From contig QPGO01000062.1 in the NCBI GenBank assembly GCA_008632985.1, positions 186,001-250,000 of the forward strand: a DNA stretch of 64,000 nt. Direction: 5' to 3'. The position numbers were made by a program, and so were the translations under genes. This document shows, one piece after another, positions 1-12,240 of this stretch; positions within the stretch are counted from its first letter, which is position 1; each line of letters starts with the position of its first letter. Source of the DNA: Psammoneis japonica (lineage: Eukaryota). Below the pieces are notes generated by a model. That model did no database searches. It saw only the letters and a program-made list of their open reading frames with translations, and was not told the origin of the DNA.

Positions 1-1045
1 GCCTGATTGGCGTTGGCGAAGGAGGGGAGCACACAGAGCAGAGAGTGAGAAAAAGCGCTGCCTTGGCAAAGGATGTGTCAAGTGCACTGTCTTCCACAAA
101 CAGGATGGGCTGAAGACTGCTCTGTCACAACCACCTCTGACTCCCCTCTTCTGGAGGCATGCCGCCTTTGCTTCTTTGTCCCTTGTGTCGACGTCGTCCA
201 GCGCCAAGCACAGCTGGCATGGTGCTGTCTCAGGAGCCTGACTTGAGCATCAGCATTCTCCATGGAAGGCTGCATTGGCTGTGTCAAAGACATTCTCAGA
301 GGGCTGGCTTGCTCAGTTGTTAGAGCTTTTGCAGGTTTTTCTGAAATGGCGACATTGCAGGCAGCGGGAACAGCAGCACCAGGGATGCTGGGCTTGGACC
401 TTCACTTGAGGCCAGCACTGGCAACCCACCTCATGGCTGCACCCAGTGCCATTTTCAGTTTGAGCAAGAACACTCTGCAGATGTTTGTTTGAACAATTTG
501 GGAAGCAGCAGGCACACCCAGATTGTTGTCCATGATGAGCGATCGCTTGTTGTGACTGTGGAGACAACACCCAGCACCCCCTCCTCCAGACAAGCAATCT
601 CAGCTTGATCATCACATTGGGAGAATCAGGCAATTTTCATTTTCCAACCAATGCCTGCTGTGCACATGGCTTCAGGATGCAGAACAGGATAGTTGGGTGC
701 AGAGCCCCCATTGTTGCCAGCTGCAGCTGTCAAGAGGAGGGTGCCATTGTCACAGACTTTCTTGTGCTGTTTCAGAATGATTTGTTGTGATCCTCTCCAC
801 CAAGACTCACACTTTTGACATTGGCTCTCGCGCCCACCATTCACAGCACAGCTTTCAAGAGCATCAAGCATGCAAGACTCAGCTCCTTCCCCCCTTTTCC
901 AATGTGGAATTTGAGTGGTTTCACATTGCCCATGACACCAGCAATGCCTTGTGATTCTTGCCACCAATGGCGTCTGTTGAGACAGACAGGAAAAAGAACA
1001 GCCTTCTTGCTCTTTGAAAAGGTGCAGAGTCCAACAGAGGCATTC
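1..1045. repeat. TA/CG-depleted degenerate block 1 (probable decayed repeat or TE; continues beyond window start)
   Basis: Only about 2 TA dinucleotides seen in approx. 1 kb; few CG; TG/CA-rich. Overlapping Tyr-poor, Cys/His-rich ORFs in all frames. TA reappears abruptly at about 1048. Confidence 0.7.
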
Positions 1046-1190
1046 CGTACAAAGCCAAATTATTTTTATTAAACATTCAAAAGCTGCAATCCAGCAGTGC
1101 ACACAAGCAGAGAAACAGTCCATACAAAAATCAAAGTTTACTTTATACACTGTACAACATAGCTCATTTATTCATTCCCGTTACTCAATC

Positions 1191-2232
1191 TCACACATGC
1201 CACGCAAACCCAATCTCATCCAATCGCTCCTTGCGTTTCTTGGAAAGCTTGTCTTGTCGTGACCGTTGCGTACTCGCCCAGTACCCCAGCTTTTCATCCT
1301 CCTTACATTGCGACGGGACGCGGCAGTGTCCGTGCACCTTCTTGAATTTTTCAAGTCGTTCAAACATGCTATCCCACGTTTCTCGCAAACACCATGCAAA
1401 TCCAATACTCTCCAACAAGTCTCGTCGTTCTTGTGATAGCGAATCTCGTGATTGACGTTGGGTTTGGACCCAATTTCCAAGACGAGGATCAGGTTTGTAT
1501 TTGGTCGGGACACAACAATCACCATGGATCGCCTTGTAGTGTTGCAACCGAGCAAACATGACGTTCCAAATCGACTTGTCTCGGACACACCACTCGAAAC
1601 CAGCAGCCACGAGGCGTTCAATACGCGTGGGTGAGAGGGTATGCTTTTTAAAGTTGCGTCTCTGGCGTTCGACCCAACGACCTACGTACGAGGTGTTCAA
1701 TACACGCGTGAATGGGTGAGGAGAGGGTATGATTTTCAGAATTGCGTCCTTGTCTTTCGTCTCCACTCAACGACCTACCTAGCTTGGGGTCTGGCTTGTA
1801 TCGGTGTGGAACAAGACAATCGCCGTGCTTGAGCTTGTATTGGAGCAAGCGTTGATACATGGCGTTCCATGTCTCGTATGGTTGAGGACGTGGCTTTTGA
1901 TCTTGTTGTTCTTGTGGATCTTGTTGTTGCTTCGGACGGGTTGACGCTGTCGCAGAGAGCTGCGTGAGATGTAAAAGTCGTTCCGTATCCAGAGGCAACG
2001 GTGGTGTGGGAAGAGCAATAGCCGTAGCGAGTGTTGGTAGTGATGGAGCTAAAGTCGACAATACGGGAGACGTCGCGTACGGCCATGTCAACAGAGACGG
2101 CGTCGTTGTCGGTTGTTGAAGAAGAACAGCAGTAGCCGCTGCGGCAACGTCTTGCTGTTGTTGTTGTTGCCGTTGACGAAGAATCTCAAGAGCCAACTGA
2201 GAATACAATTGCTGATTTGGCGGTCCATTCAT
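1191..2232 (-). CDS. Helicase-associated (HA) domain repeat protein, paralog 1; exons 2232-1779 and 1681-1191
   Basis: Three HA repeats (W..MY.RL..YK..HGDC.VP..Y..DP.LG.WV..QR...L...GF.W) after a Q/P-rich N-terminus. A 97-nt GTAGGT...GTAG intron (1778-1682) restores KLG|RWVERQR. Confidence 0.88.
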
Positions 2233-2818
2233 GCTGGTCGATACTTCCGATAGATTCTTGAGTAAGCACATGGCAAAAAAAGAGTGCCGTGTGTCAGTGC
2301 ACCACTCTTTTTGTGTGCGACTTTTTGCGATCGCTGAGAGGTGCGTGGCGAGAGGCACAAATCCGAACCGTTTTGTGTGAGATGGTGAATGTCGTGAGGT
2401 GCAGTGTGGCATGAAGCTTCGCATTTGTTACCAATAAACAAGTATAAGAATGTATATATTCATATTGATGTGCAAAATCGTGTTGTTAAGTAACTTGGAT
2501 TCAAATTGCGTCATAATGTCATTTCTTTAAGTAATTCCACGCGTTGTCCGTACGTGGACAGCCAAAAGGTGACGCCTCAGTTTCTCTACCGACGTTTTCT
2601 ATATTAATTTATTAATGCATGGATAGAAATATAAAATTAGCTGCGGGAGAAAACAGACCGCTACATCAGAGGTTCAGTCAACTCGCGAGAACAACGCAAA
2701 CGCGACGATGATCAAAAACGGTGTTGTTGTGCTGTAGTCGGCGATGTAATATTTACAACCAATGCAGCACACGCACCCCCCTCAATCCCATCCATGTAAC
2801 CCCCAAATCGAAAAAAGT

Positions 2819-4019
2819 TCATCCAACCAATTTCTTTTCATTGTCACGAGCATTCCAAACAAACCCAATGTCATCGAGTCTCATCTTTCTCCGAATCGAC
2901 AACTTTTGTTGCCGCGACCGCTGGACATTGACCCACGCGGCCAGCTTGACATTTTCACTACACGTCACGTTACAATGGCCGTGCTTTTCTTTGTACTGAC
3001 AAAGCTGTTCAAACATGTTGTTCCATGTTTCACGAAGACCCCAGACAAAGCCAATCGAATCGAGTCGTTCCCGGCGTTCGTCACTGAGCGTGTCTCGTGC
3101 TTGACGTTGGGTCTGGACCCAATTTCCCAATTTAGGATCCAATGGGTATTTGGTCGGCACTCGACAATCACCGTGGAGTGCCTTGTACTGTTCAAGGAGA
3201 CAAAACATGGTATCCCACGCGTCCTTGTCGCGCACGCACCATTCAAATCCGAGAGCTTGCAAACTCTTGAAACGAAGAGAAGACATGCAATTCTTTTTGC
3301 GATTGCGTCTCTGACGTTCGACCCAACGGCCCAATTTGGGATCAGCCTTGTAGCGATGTGGAACCAAGCAATTGCCGTGCTCTTTTTGGTATTGAACCTG
3401 CGAGATGATTGTGTATCGAGAGGTGAGTAAAAGAAAAGTACGGGATCAAGAGCTGTGTAGAGTATGAACTTACCAATCTCTGATACATGTCATACCACGA
3501 TTCGTGTAGATAGCCTCTTCCTTTTTCGTGATTTTGAATGGTATGCATCTCGGAGGATGGCATGATACCCGGCTGCTGCTGCAGCTCTTCAGAAGGAGGA
3601 GTCGAGGCTACCGATTGCGGGAGGGAAGAGGCGGTTGCTGCAAGATTGAGCCGTTCCGCGCCGAGAACTCTGGGTGTTTGTGCTGGTAAAACCCCTGGAA
3701 ATGCGAGTAGTGGTGGTGGTGGCGGTGGTTGAGAGGTAGCAAGGGCAAGTGTTGGAGACAAGGAGGCAAGTGTCGGTGTTGTCGCCAGAGCCGCCAACGG
3801 AGCATACGGTGCTAGTACAACAGGCGGCGGCGGTGGTGGTTGTTGGAGAGCAGAACCCAGTACAGACAGAGCCGCAAGATCCTGCTGCTCCTTTTGTCGG
3901 CGAAGGATCCGTAGGGCTAGAATTCGCTTTCTAGCTAGTTCAGCTTCGGAACCCTGCATGAGATTGTCGATTCCTTGAAAGTTCGGAGAAACTATTGGGG
4001 CAGGGCCATCAATGGCCAT
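2819..4019 (-). CDS. Helicase-associated (HA) domain repeat protein, paralog 2; exons 4019-3474 and 3397-2819
   Basis: Three HA repeats closely similar to paralog 1. A GTAAGT...TCGCAG intron (3473-3398) joins YQRL|VQYQKEHGNCLVP. Confidence 0.9.
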
Positions 4020-4310
4020 TTATACAAAATCGTTGGAGCTTATCTCGCTCGATACAAGTTAACTCAGATTGGAATAGATACACACTGTTCAAACAAAACT
4101 GTATGCTGCTTGGAGCTGGATCGTCTTTGATTCATTCAAACTTTTTCGTTTTTTGCCTACTTGCTGCTGTGAAACAAAAGTGCGTCAAAAAACAAGATCA
4201 GAAAAAGAATGCCCCGATGAAAAATCGTGAGCGGAAGTCGGGTAAAGATTTCATGCTCGTGGCTGGTTAACGACAAGCCCATAGCCCAATCTCTTTGTCT
4301 GACTTCGAGC

Positions 4311-4434
4311 CAAAGTAAGCTAAATGGTTAGTGTAAATCGTTAAGTGTCATTTCCACTTCGACACAAAGAAAGCTAAATGGTTAGTGTAAATCGTTAAGT
4401 GTCATTTCCACTTCCATACAAAGACAGCTAAATG
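4311..4434. repeat. 54-bp tandem repeat, about 2.3 copies
   Basis: Unit caaag.aagctaaatggttagtgtaaatcgttaagtgtcatttccacttc... starts at 4311, 4365 and 4419 (partial). Confidence 0.9.
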
Positions 4435-4869
4435 CTTAACGGTAGTGGTCAGATTTCAAAATCTGAGCAATACAGAAATGTCAATGATGAATAAGGATTT
4501 TAGATTGCTTCTGCCGTAAATATCATTACGCCAATGCCACTAATGAATACACAAATGAATTTGTATTCCATCCTTTTCCTGAACTTTGATCTATCGGCAT
4601 TTTCGATACGAGTGCTCGACGCGATGACAATGAGGCATGCTTGTATGTGTCATGGCCATAAGCTGTGAGGCGTACCGTCACATTTGGATTGAACTCGGGG
4701 ATCTTGATGTCGAAAGTAGCCATTTGTTTGACATTCGTGATTTTTCATCGCCCACAAACTGGGATTTCAACTGAGTCGAGTTGATGTTGGACGTGTTTCA
4801 AAGCACTGCGTTTGATGAAACAATTGAGGGCTCTGGAATTATGGCATTTTATGCCATGGAGACTTAAAA

Positions 4870-6930
4870 CAGCAAATGGGTTGACAATCAAGCAGTGATC
4901 GGGTTTGCCAACATTTCCAAAAATGTGACAACAAAAGTTGCATCACTCAACAACCAACAACATCTCAAGAGATGGAAACAAGAAAAGTGACTCCTCTTTG
5001 CACTTGAATTAAAAGAGACAACAATGCACAACAAACATTTGAGAAGGACAAGAAGCTCTTGAATGCATGGAACCAGAAGAGAGTCAATGAATCGCTCTTG
5101 TTTTGAACCTCTTGACCTGTTCTGTCCATGATGGTGGTTGGCTGAAAGGTTGGTGGTGGTTTTTTTGTGTGACTTGCAGCTTGAGGCATGTTGATGCATG
5201 AACACATGGCCCATGTGTGGTGTCACCTTTGGAAAGTGCCACTTGTGGAGCTTGGGTGGACAACTCTCTGTGCTCAAGCTTTGTCCGCCAAATGCTCCAT
5301 CAAAGTCCAGATGCTGCCACATCCCACCCGACCATTGACACAAAACAGTTCTTGCAAAATGTTGTTGCCTGTTTCCCTCTTCCTCTGCAGAGCAGCCCTC
5401 TTGGTGACAGTGCTGCCCACATGCCAGAATGTGCTCAAGAATGCTTTCCATTTTGCCAGCAAAGATGCCCAACGCGGGGCTGTGTGGGCTCGAATCTCTC
5501 TCAAGACAAGCTGACATTTGTGCCTGGCACTGGCGGCAATGCTCAGCCCTCCTTCCTGTTTGACTTCCCAGGAGTGTGCCCAGATCTCCTGCGTGCTGAG
5601 TGGCTCAACCACAAGAGTCGCTGTCTTTGTCAGTTTTGTCAGCAGGATGTGCCAAGGCTGCTCTGGCCATGTGTGCGCAAGGACAGCTGCGACAGCGCTT
5701 TCTGCTGTCAGCAAAGAGTGTGAGCTGGCTGGACTGCCCAACCCCACACTTCACAGCTCCTTGGCAGTCACTCCAAATCAAGTGCCAACTTGGGGTCAAC
5801 CGCACCTGGCTGGTTGCAATGCAAAGACAGCTGTGGCAGCACTTTGTGACAACAAAGAGAGTGCGAGCTGGCTGGGCTCCCAACCCCACACTTCACAGCC
5901 CCTCAGCACTGGCTCCCAATCAAATGCCAACTTGGGGCCAATGGCTGTGAAGCCATCATTGCAAATCCCTGTGCCTGCCCCCTCACACAGCTTTGCACAG
6001 GGTCAACATGTGTGGCCTTTGCAAGATGGGCCCTGGCTGGCTGCTGGCTCCTCAGCCACACGGCTTGCACAACAAGCCACCAAAACACAGAGCACTGTGG
6101 GGTGAGTGCAGCACAGCCCAAACAAGCACACCATGCTGAGATCACCCAGAGTTGGCTGCTGTCCTGGGGCTCCATTCAAAGCTGAGCTGGGCTGCTTGGC
6201 TCCTTGGTGTGCAGCACATGCTTGGCATCACATTCTTGTTGCCAAGCAGCCGCATGGCATGTGCCCACCATTTGTGCCTGCAACAGCGACCCCAGCCACA
6301 AAGAAGCCAACAAAAAGTTGAACCTGGTTTTGTGGTTGAAGAGTGAAGAAACTGTGAGTGAAGTTTGGTTCAAGATTTGTTGGCAATGCCAAGTGGGCAA
6401 CCAAAGAGAGGCGCCAAAAATGGCTGTTCTTGCTCATTTCTCAAGAGGAGCTTGCGCTCATGATGCAGGGTCTGAAGCAAGCACCAGCCAAGACAACAGT
6501 TTTTTTCTCTCTGCCCCACTTAAAACACAGCCTTTGAGTCAATGTGGTGCTCCTTCAACAACTCACGCACACTGGGAAGAGCAGCTGGAGCCAGGGCAGC
6601 TGGCCTGGCAGGGCTTGGCTGACACCCAAGCTGGGATGCTCAGCCTGGTGGCACACACTCAGTGCCACATTGTCACCCTCCTGCAACTGCAATGTGCCCC
6701 ACTCTTTGCACCTGCAGCAACCACCCTGGATCAAAAGAAGCCAGTGCAACTCTGGCCATGGTTGCATGGTCAATTGTGTGTGTGTGTTCAACGGTTGATT
6801 CCCCTCTTTTTTTCTCTTTTCCTTTAACCGGCCACGAACATGAAAAAATTGCCGGAAGTCGCAGTTCGCAATGTCAAGGACGCTTTGACGTGGCACGATC
6901 AGCACGATCCGTTCGATTCAATCGCCAGAC
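4870..6930. repeat. TA/CG-depleted degenerate block 2 (probable decayed repeat or TE)
   Basis: Residual TA is nearly all in TTAA; strong TG/CA excess; six-frame ORFs lacking Tyr. Contains an internal direct repeat. Confidence 0.7.
5682..5941. repeat. Diverged direct repeat, period about 144 bp (5682-5799 and 5826-5941)
   Basis: Shared gacagctg...gagctggctgg...cccaaccccacacttcacagc...tgccaacttgggg; differences include CG/TG and CG/CA. Confidence 0.85.
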
Positions 6931-8335
6931 CTTATTTCTCCGTGAAGGTTTCTCCGAAATGTATCTTTTCACGGAAGACGACCAGACGAAGTGGGATGCG
7001 CGAAAGATATTTCCACGTGTCTCCTACCGCCCCCCGAGGAAGTCATACGAACATGTCATTGCTCTTTACGTGCTACAGACAAGTTCGAAATACTCTGTTT
7101 TGTCTTTTACTGTAGGTCCGTTACTCAAGGTGGTACGGGTACAAAAGTGTGCCAGATTCTACGCACGTGGAGCTTAGCATGTTTTCTACACAAATCGCCA
7201 AAGTCGGCTCGCCAACTTGAACCCTCTCCAGGACGATGGAAACTTTGACATTTCACATGACAAAGTGTTTGGACTACTTAATTACACTCCCCTCGACTTG
7301 TTTAAATGAAGAGAAGTTACAAGTTTCCGTGGGTTTCTCGTTTTGCATGGCTCTTTAAAACTCGAACGTCGCGATGCATGAAGAATGATTAAGCAGAGGG
7401 CGCACCACAGTTCTCGGCCCGTTCATTTTCTACGTGGCCTGGCACAACCCAAATCTGTTTAGATTCAGTGCATTTCGCCCTGCAGAACAGTTTTTGGGAG
7501 TGTTTTCTGCCTCGCGACGCAAAATGACACGCAAAACAACACGGCGGACAATGGCATTTCGCCGATTTCAAAAGTGCAGTTGTTTCTGAAGCACTTTGCA
7601 GTGTGCTCTCAATGGAGTGTCACACGTCATGGCATGAGGCGTGTGACAAGCTCAAGAGCACACAGGTTCATGTGGGTGGCTGATGGTGAAATTTTGAGCT
7701 GAAGATTGGTGTTGACACAGCTGATTTTGTTGCATCAAAACGCAACTTGTGCATCACCATTCATTCTGTGCATTTCGTTGAGTGCTCGTGCGTTCACATT
7801 CTTTCAACTTGCACACATGTTGTCTTTCCTCATTGTTGTTTTGTTCTGCAGGGTCTCCCTTGCCATGAGACATCCCTGAGAGAGAAGTGCTTCCTTTGAA
7901 TGTCGCTTCTACATCTGGGATGCCAACAATCTGGGTCTGACCGTCTGCCATGATCTGGGCATTTCTTGACTTTAATGCCAGATTGTTGTCAACTTACAAG
8001 CCAATTCTCTCCTCAAATGTAACATGAGAACTGCGCAAGTTTGCAAGCCTCCAAAACCCCAATTGCTTCCCACTTTCAAGTGTGGTCATTCCTTTCACAC
8101 AATGCAGACCTGCGCCCCAATTGACATTTGGGGTTTCTCGTTCTTTTAACACAAATGTTGCTGCACATGATCCACCCTCCTTTTCTGCCAACTCGTCCTG
8201 CATTTTGTCTCTTTGCTGTGCCGTTTTCAAATCCAATTCCCAATTGCCACACGTTGTTGCATCCAAACCGCATTGCACAATGTTTTTTTTTTAATTTTCA
8301 CTCATCTAGATTTTGTTGTTTGTTTCAAATTACGT

Positions 8336-9469
8336 TCACACACCAGTTTGGTTGGTGGCCATTGCGCCATTTGCTGCCGCTCCGTTGCCTGCAGCCACCG
8401 CCTGCAATGGCAGGTCCTCTCCCATTGGCGCCGCCCATCCTTCCTCTCTCTCCTTTCTTTTTTCCTCTCTTTTGCATTTCTTGTTTTCCTCCTGAGACAA
8501 GTTTGTCTTCTCCCGCCTTCTCTCCTTGAACCATGCACCGAATCCCTGGTTGTTCTCTCTGTCTTTCACCACCCACTGACGTGGATCATTGTGCTTCTTG
8601 ATCCCCTCCTTGCTCCATCCTTGGTTCCTCTTTGCCGACTCCCCCGCTGCCTGTGCTGTGCACTTTGCAGGAGCAGCATCTTTCACAGTTGGCTTTCTTC
8701 TCCTTGCAACATTTTCTTCCTTTTCCAATTTCTCTGCTGTGTCCTGCACCTTGTTGCAGCAGTTCAAGCACACTGGCAGAGCAAACGCCTCCGACGAAAC
8801 TGAAAGCCATTCCTGAAGCATGTCGGTTGTGCTTCTGCCAAACTGCACTTGTCCCACCACCGTCAGCACCACAGTTTCCAAGAACCACACGTGTGTGTCC
8901 TTGTCATTTCTTCCCTTTGTCAAGTCTTTGCAATCCACCAGCGATCCCTCTAAAGCAGCAACTGCACAGATGATGTCAAAGGAAGAGACACTCATCCCGT
9001 CAGACAATCGCCTCTGGCACAATCACCGGCACGCACACATCTGCTTGCCTGTCATTCTCCTCCCAATGTTGTCCTGCACATTGTTCCTCTTTCGGTTGAG
9101 TTTGGTCCTGAACACCTCTTTGCATTCATCCCAGAACTTCTCCGGTGAAGACGCCATGCTCCTCAACTCCTGCAGAACCAATTTCATGCAATCTCCTCCC
9201 ACAGCGAGTTCATGATCGAAGATTGTGAACTTGCGACATGGCCAAACACTCTCATTGACAACCTTGGTCAACATCGATGCCATCAATTTCTTGCCCACCG
9301 CAGGTGCACGATCCAACACAAGACATCCCTCTGTGGGAGTCACCACCGAACTTGAATCGCCACCTGCATGCTGGAATCTGTTCAGCTCCCCATGTTCGTT
9401 TCTTTGTGCATGCAGCAAGGCCGCCACCGCAGGACTCATGGTGACTTCATGTGACACCACACAGATCAA
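8336..9469 (-). pseudogene. Decayed repeat-associated protein with S[D/S]EAFAL...KYT...GWSxEG..YN.L...V..DR motifs; intron 9048-8962
   Basis: ORFs 9023-9469 and 8336-9022 join in frame through an 87-nt intron with a GCAAGC donor and TGCAG acceptor. From memory, the motif set resembles a multicopy diatom hypothetical family found in DNA-transposon-like repeats; this was not verified by search. Confidence 0.6.
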
Positions 9470-10162
9470 TCCAATGATTGTGTCAGTTCATCAGCAACTC
9501 TTTGTCATGTCCTTTCTCAATCTCACTTGCCGCTGGAAGTTGCACTTCCTCCCTCCGCTGCTCCTGTGAGAACCGCATCCTCCATCATTTTTTACCTTCC
9601 CAATGGCTTCCTCTTGTTTGGAACTTCCGTCCTTTCCTGTCGCTTTGTGAAAGGTCAGTTGCAAAAAGAGTGCACTTTTGCATGTGATTTTCTTGGTTTT
9701 GTTGTTGCTCGTGTGTCCTCTCTTGATTCAAACAGGTCTTTGTGTCATTTTTGAGTGCTCATCCCCAACCCCATGTTTGCATTTCTGTCAACGTTTCACT
9801 GTTTTGAATTGTGCACCTTTGTCAGCCAATCCAACACACCAATGAAGATTGCCACATCATTTGGGTCAATGCCAAACAATGTGTCACATCTGCTTGTGTT
9901 AATGCGTGCATTGCGCTTCCTTCTGGATGCAACATCTGCCTCATTTTGTGTGCCAAGTCGTGTCAAACCTCCCATTTGTTGTCCCTGTCTTAACAGGTCA
10001 TTCCCTCTACTTCCCCGACACCACATTTGTCCATTTGCTCTCTCTGTTGCCCAAATTTTCCAATCCACTTTAATGTCCACTGAAGTGTGTCATTGTCACT
10101 GAGATGTGGTTGTCGTGAGTCGTTCCCATTGTGGGAACACGTGTTCCCTCCACTGCAATCAC

Positions 10163-10864
10163 ATGCCGCCAATTGATGGTCAAATTGGTCATTTTGCTGG
10201 TGGTGGTGTGGAATCACACGGTGGTGCGGCAAGCTTTGCCTTCTCCGCCAAGGTCATTTGTAACCCCGCTCTCTTTGCGGCACAAATTCGAAGCCGTTTT
10301 AATTTCCTCGGCATTGGTGGTGGTGTTGGCGGTTTTGCGATTGCCTGTCGTCTGCTTGTTCCTGCCTGCAATGCCTGCAGCATCGAGTTCCACCGTCCCC
10401 GTCATGATCTTGGCTCTCAGTGGTGCAATGCCATGTGGCACAACAATGCCAGTCGCTTTCCGACCCTGATCAATCAGGACTTCCTCTCCGAAGATGATGC
10501 TGTGCGTCAGTTGCACCGTCTGAACAACTTAAAGATTTTCTTCAACAACTGCAATGGGCGAATGCTTTTTGACAACAACGCGACACAGAACCAACTCGAG
10601 GAGATGCTGTCCAACGAGTGTCCTGAAGGCACTGTTGTCATTTCATTGGACATGATGTTTTGTGTTGATGCGCACAAATGGAGGGATGGAGCATTCTTTG
10701 TTCCTGCCCATCCAGACGATCTGTCATGGGGAGGCGGTGTCGACAGGCACCCACTTCACAAGCACACCAAGAAAAGAGACGATGCCGTGGAGACCAGGCA
10801 TTCCACTGGGAACAACCTGGGGTCTGACATCAAACGTAAATTCAAGCCTGCCAAAAGTGGGTGA
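10163..10864 (+). pseudogene. Decayed DOT1-like class I SAM-dependent methyltransferase
   Basis: Motifs in DOT1 order: ES[H<-Y]G, FL[G]IGGGVG (motif I), SIE, QDFL, IFFNN, PEGTVVISLD, LSW...PL[H]K[H]TK. No Tyr in more than 230 aa. Confidence 0.65.
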
Positions 10865-11019
10865 CTTTGCAATTCCACTTTGTTTGCAATGTAACTGTCA
10901 TCCATGCAAGCAATGCATTGTCAATTGGCCCTTTACACATGCCTGCTTTGTGCCCACATTAACTTGCCACTTCGCTGGTTTTGTGTTCCAACACACACTT
11001 GTTCACACGCTTGCTGTGT

Positions 11020-12240
11020 TCACACGCTCACCATGTCAAAATTGTGGACCAGACATGCCATGTTCCTTCGACTCAAATTCGTTTTGTCAGGCAAAGCTCG
11101 GTGCAACATTCTTGCATCAAAAACAAATGCAGTGCCTGCTTCTCCAACCAGCAATTGTTTTTCCAAACCCAACCCAACCAATTGTCTTTCGCGTTCCTTC
11201 TCATTCAATGTCACCTCACAACTGTCTGGCCACATCTCCACTGCACCATTGTGCTCCGTTGTGTCACCGAGGAACAGAAACATGGTGAAAATTTTGTTGC
11301 CAGGCAACAATTTTGTTTCCACACAATCGCGATGAATTTCCCCCTTTGACCAGAAGTTGGATCTTGAACTTGAAGCAGGAGCGTTTGCTGCTGTGTGCCG
11401 GGATGTCTTTCTGCTTGAATCACCTGCCAGGGGAAAGCCAGGTGCAGCATGCATGCAGACAAAAGGTTGTTTTTGTCATGCCCTTTGTGACATTAAAAGG
11501 CTGTGACACGTCGCCGTGATGCATTGGCTCTTGTCAGTGGCTGTGTGTTGCACTCCTCCCCATGTGTCACGCGTCCATGCGGCTCTTCACTAACGTGCAC
11601 TGACACTGCACGGTTTTGGCGGAACAGTGTGGGCACGTGCGAAGGAACACACAGAACTGCACAGAGTTTTGCGCGTTCGACAGTGATCAACGTTGCTGCA
11701 GACAACTCCCACTCAGGGTTTCGAACCCCTGGCCTCCTGCCCAGTGGTTGCGATGTGCCACTCCGCCATGAATTCATGGTGCAGTGTGCATGCAGACAAA
11801 AGGTTGTTTTTGTCACGCCCTTTGTGACATTTAAAGGCTGCAACATGTCGCCGTGACACATCAACTCTTGTCAGTGGCTGTGTGTTGCACAGGAATTGGC
11901 TCCAGCATTTTTCTGCCAACCCAGTGCCTTCCGCCTTTTCCTTTTTGTCAATGGCGAACTCACCAACAAAACGGCATCCTTCCTTTTCTCCCTTCCTGCT
12001 TGGTGCCTTGTTTGCAAGTGTTGTCATCTTGTTGAGCAGGGGTGGTGGTGTTTTGAATTTTTGCAAGTGGCCTTTTTTTCTTTCCTGGTGCTCTCTTTCT
12101 TTGGACACCGCCTTCTTGCTCTTGACGACATGAGGTTTCATTTTGCCTGGGTGTGTTGGTAACTTGCCATGTTTCTGGCATGACATTGTCGGCCAACGGG
12201 CAAATTTCCGGCATCCGTTCACAGAACACTTCCGCGCCAT
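11020..12240 (-). pseudogene. Decayed 2OG-Fe(II) dioxygenase (PhyH-like) with N-terminal C-x4-C...C-x2-H zinc ribbon; disrupted by an internal duplication and a frameshift
   Basis: IHRD...TMFLFLGDTTE.NGAVEMWPDS...GEAGTAFVFDARMLHRA...SRR gives the HxD...H...R facial triad and 2OG-binding Arg. N-terminus is MARKCSVNGCRKFARWPTMSCQKHG. Confidence 0.7.
11441..11890. repeat. 113-bp direct repeats (11441-11553 and 11778-11890) flanking 224 bp
   Basis: Colinear copies ggtgcag...ctgtgtgttgcac; differences are mostly CA<->TG and CG<->TG. Confidence 0.92.

Noticed and set aside
4311..4434. CRISPR-like array
   Set aside because: Contiguous tandem units without unique spacers, eukaryotic context and no cas genes.
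4526..4723. 65-aa ORF MATFDIKIPEF...
   Set aside because: Short, no recognisable motif, and next to a decayed block.
4870..6930. Classical fungal RIP or simple CpG decay as a full explanation
   Set aside because: RIP raises TpA and lowers CpA/TpG, the opposite of what is seen. CpG decay does not remove TA.
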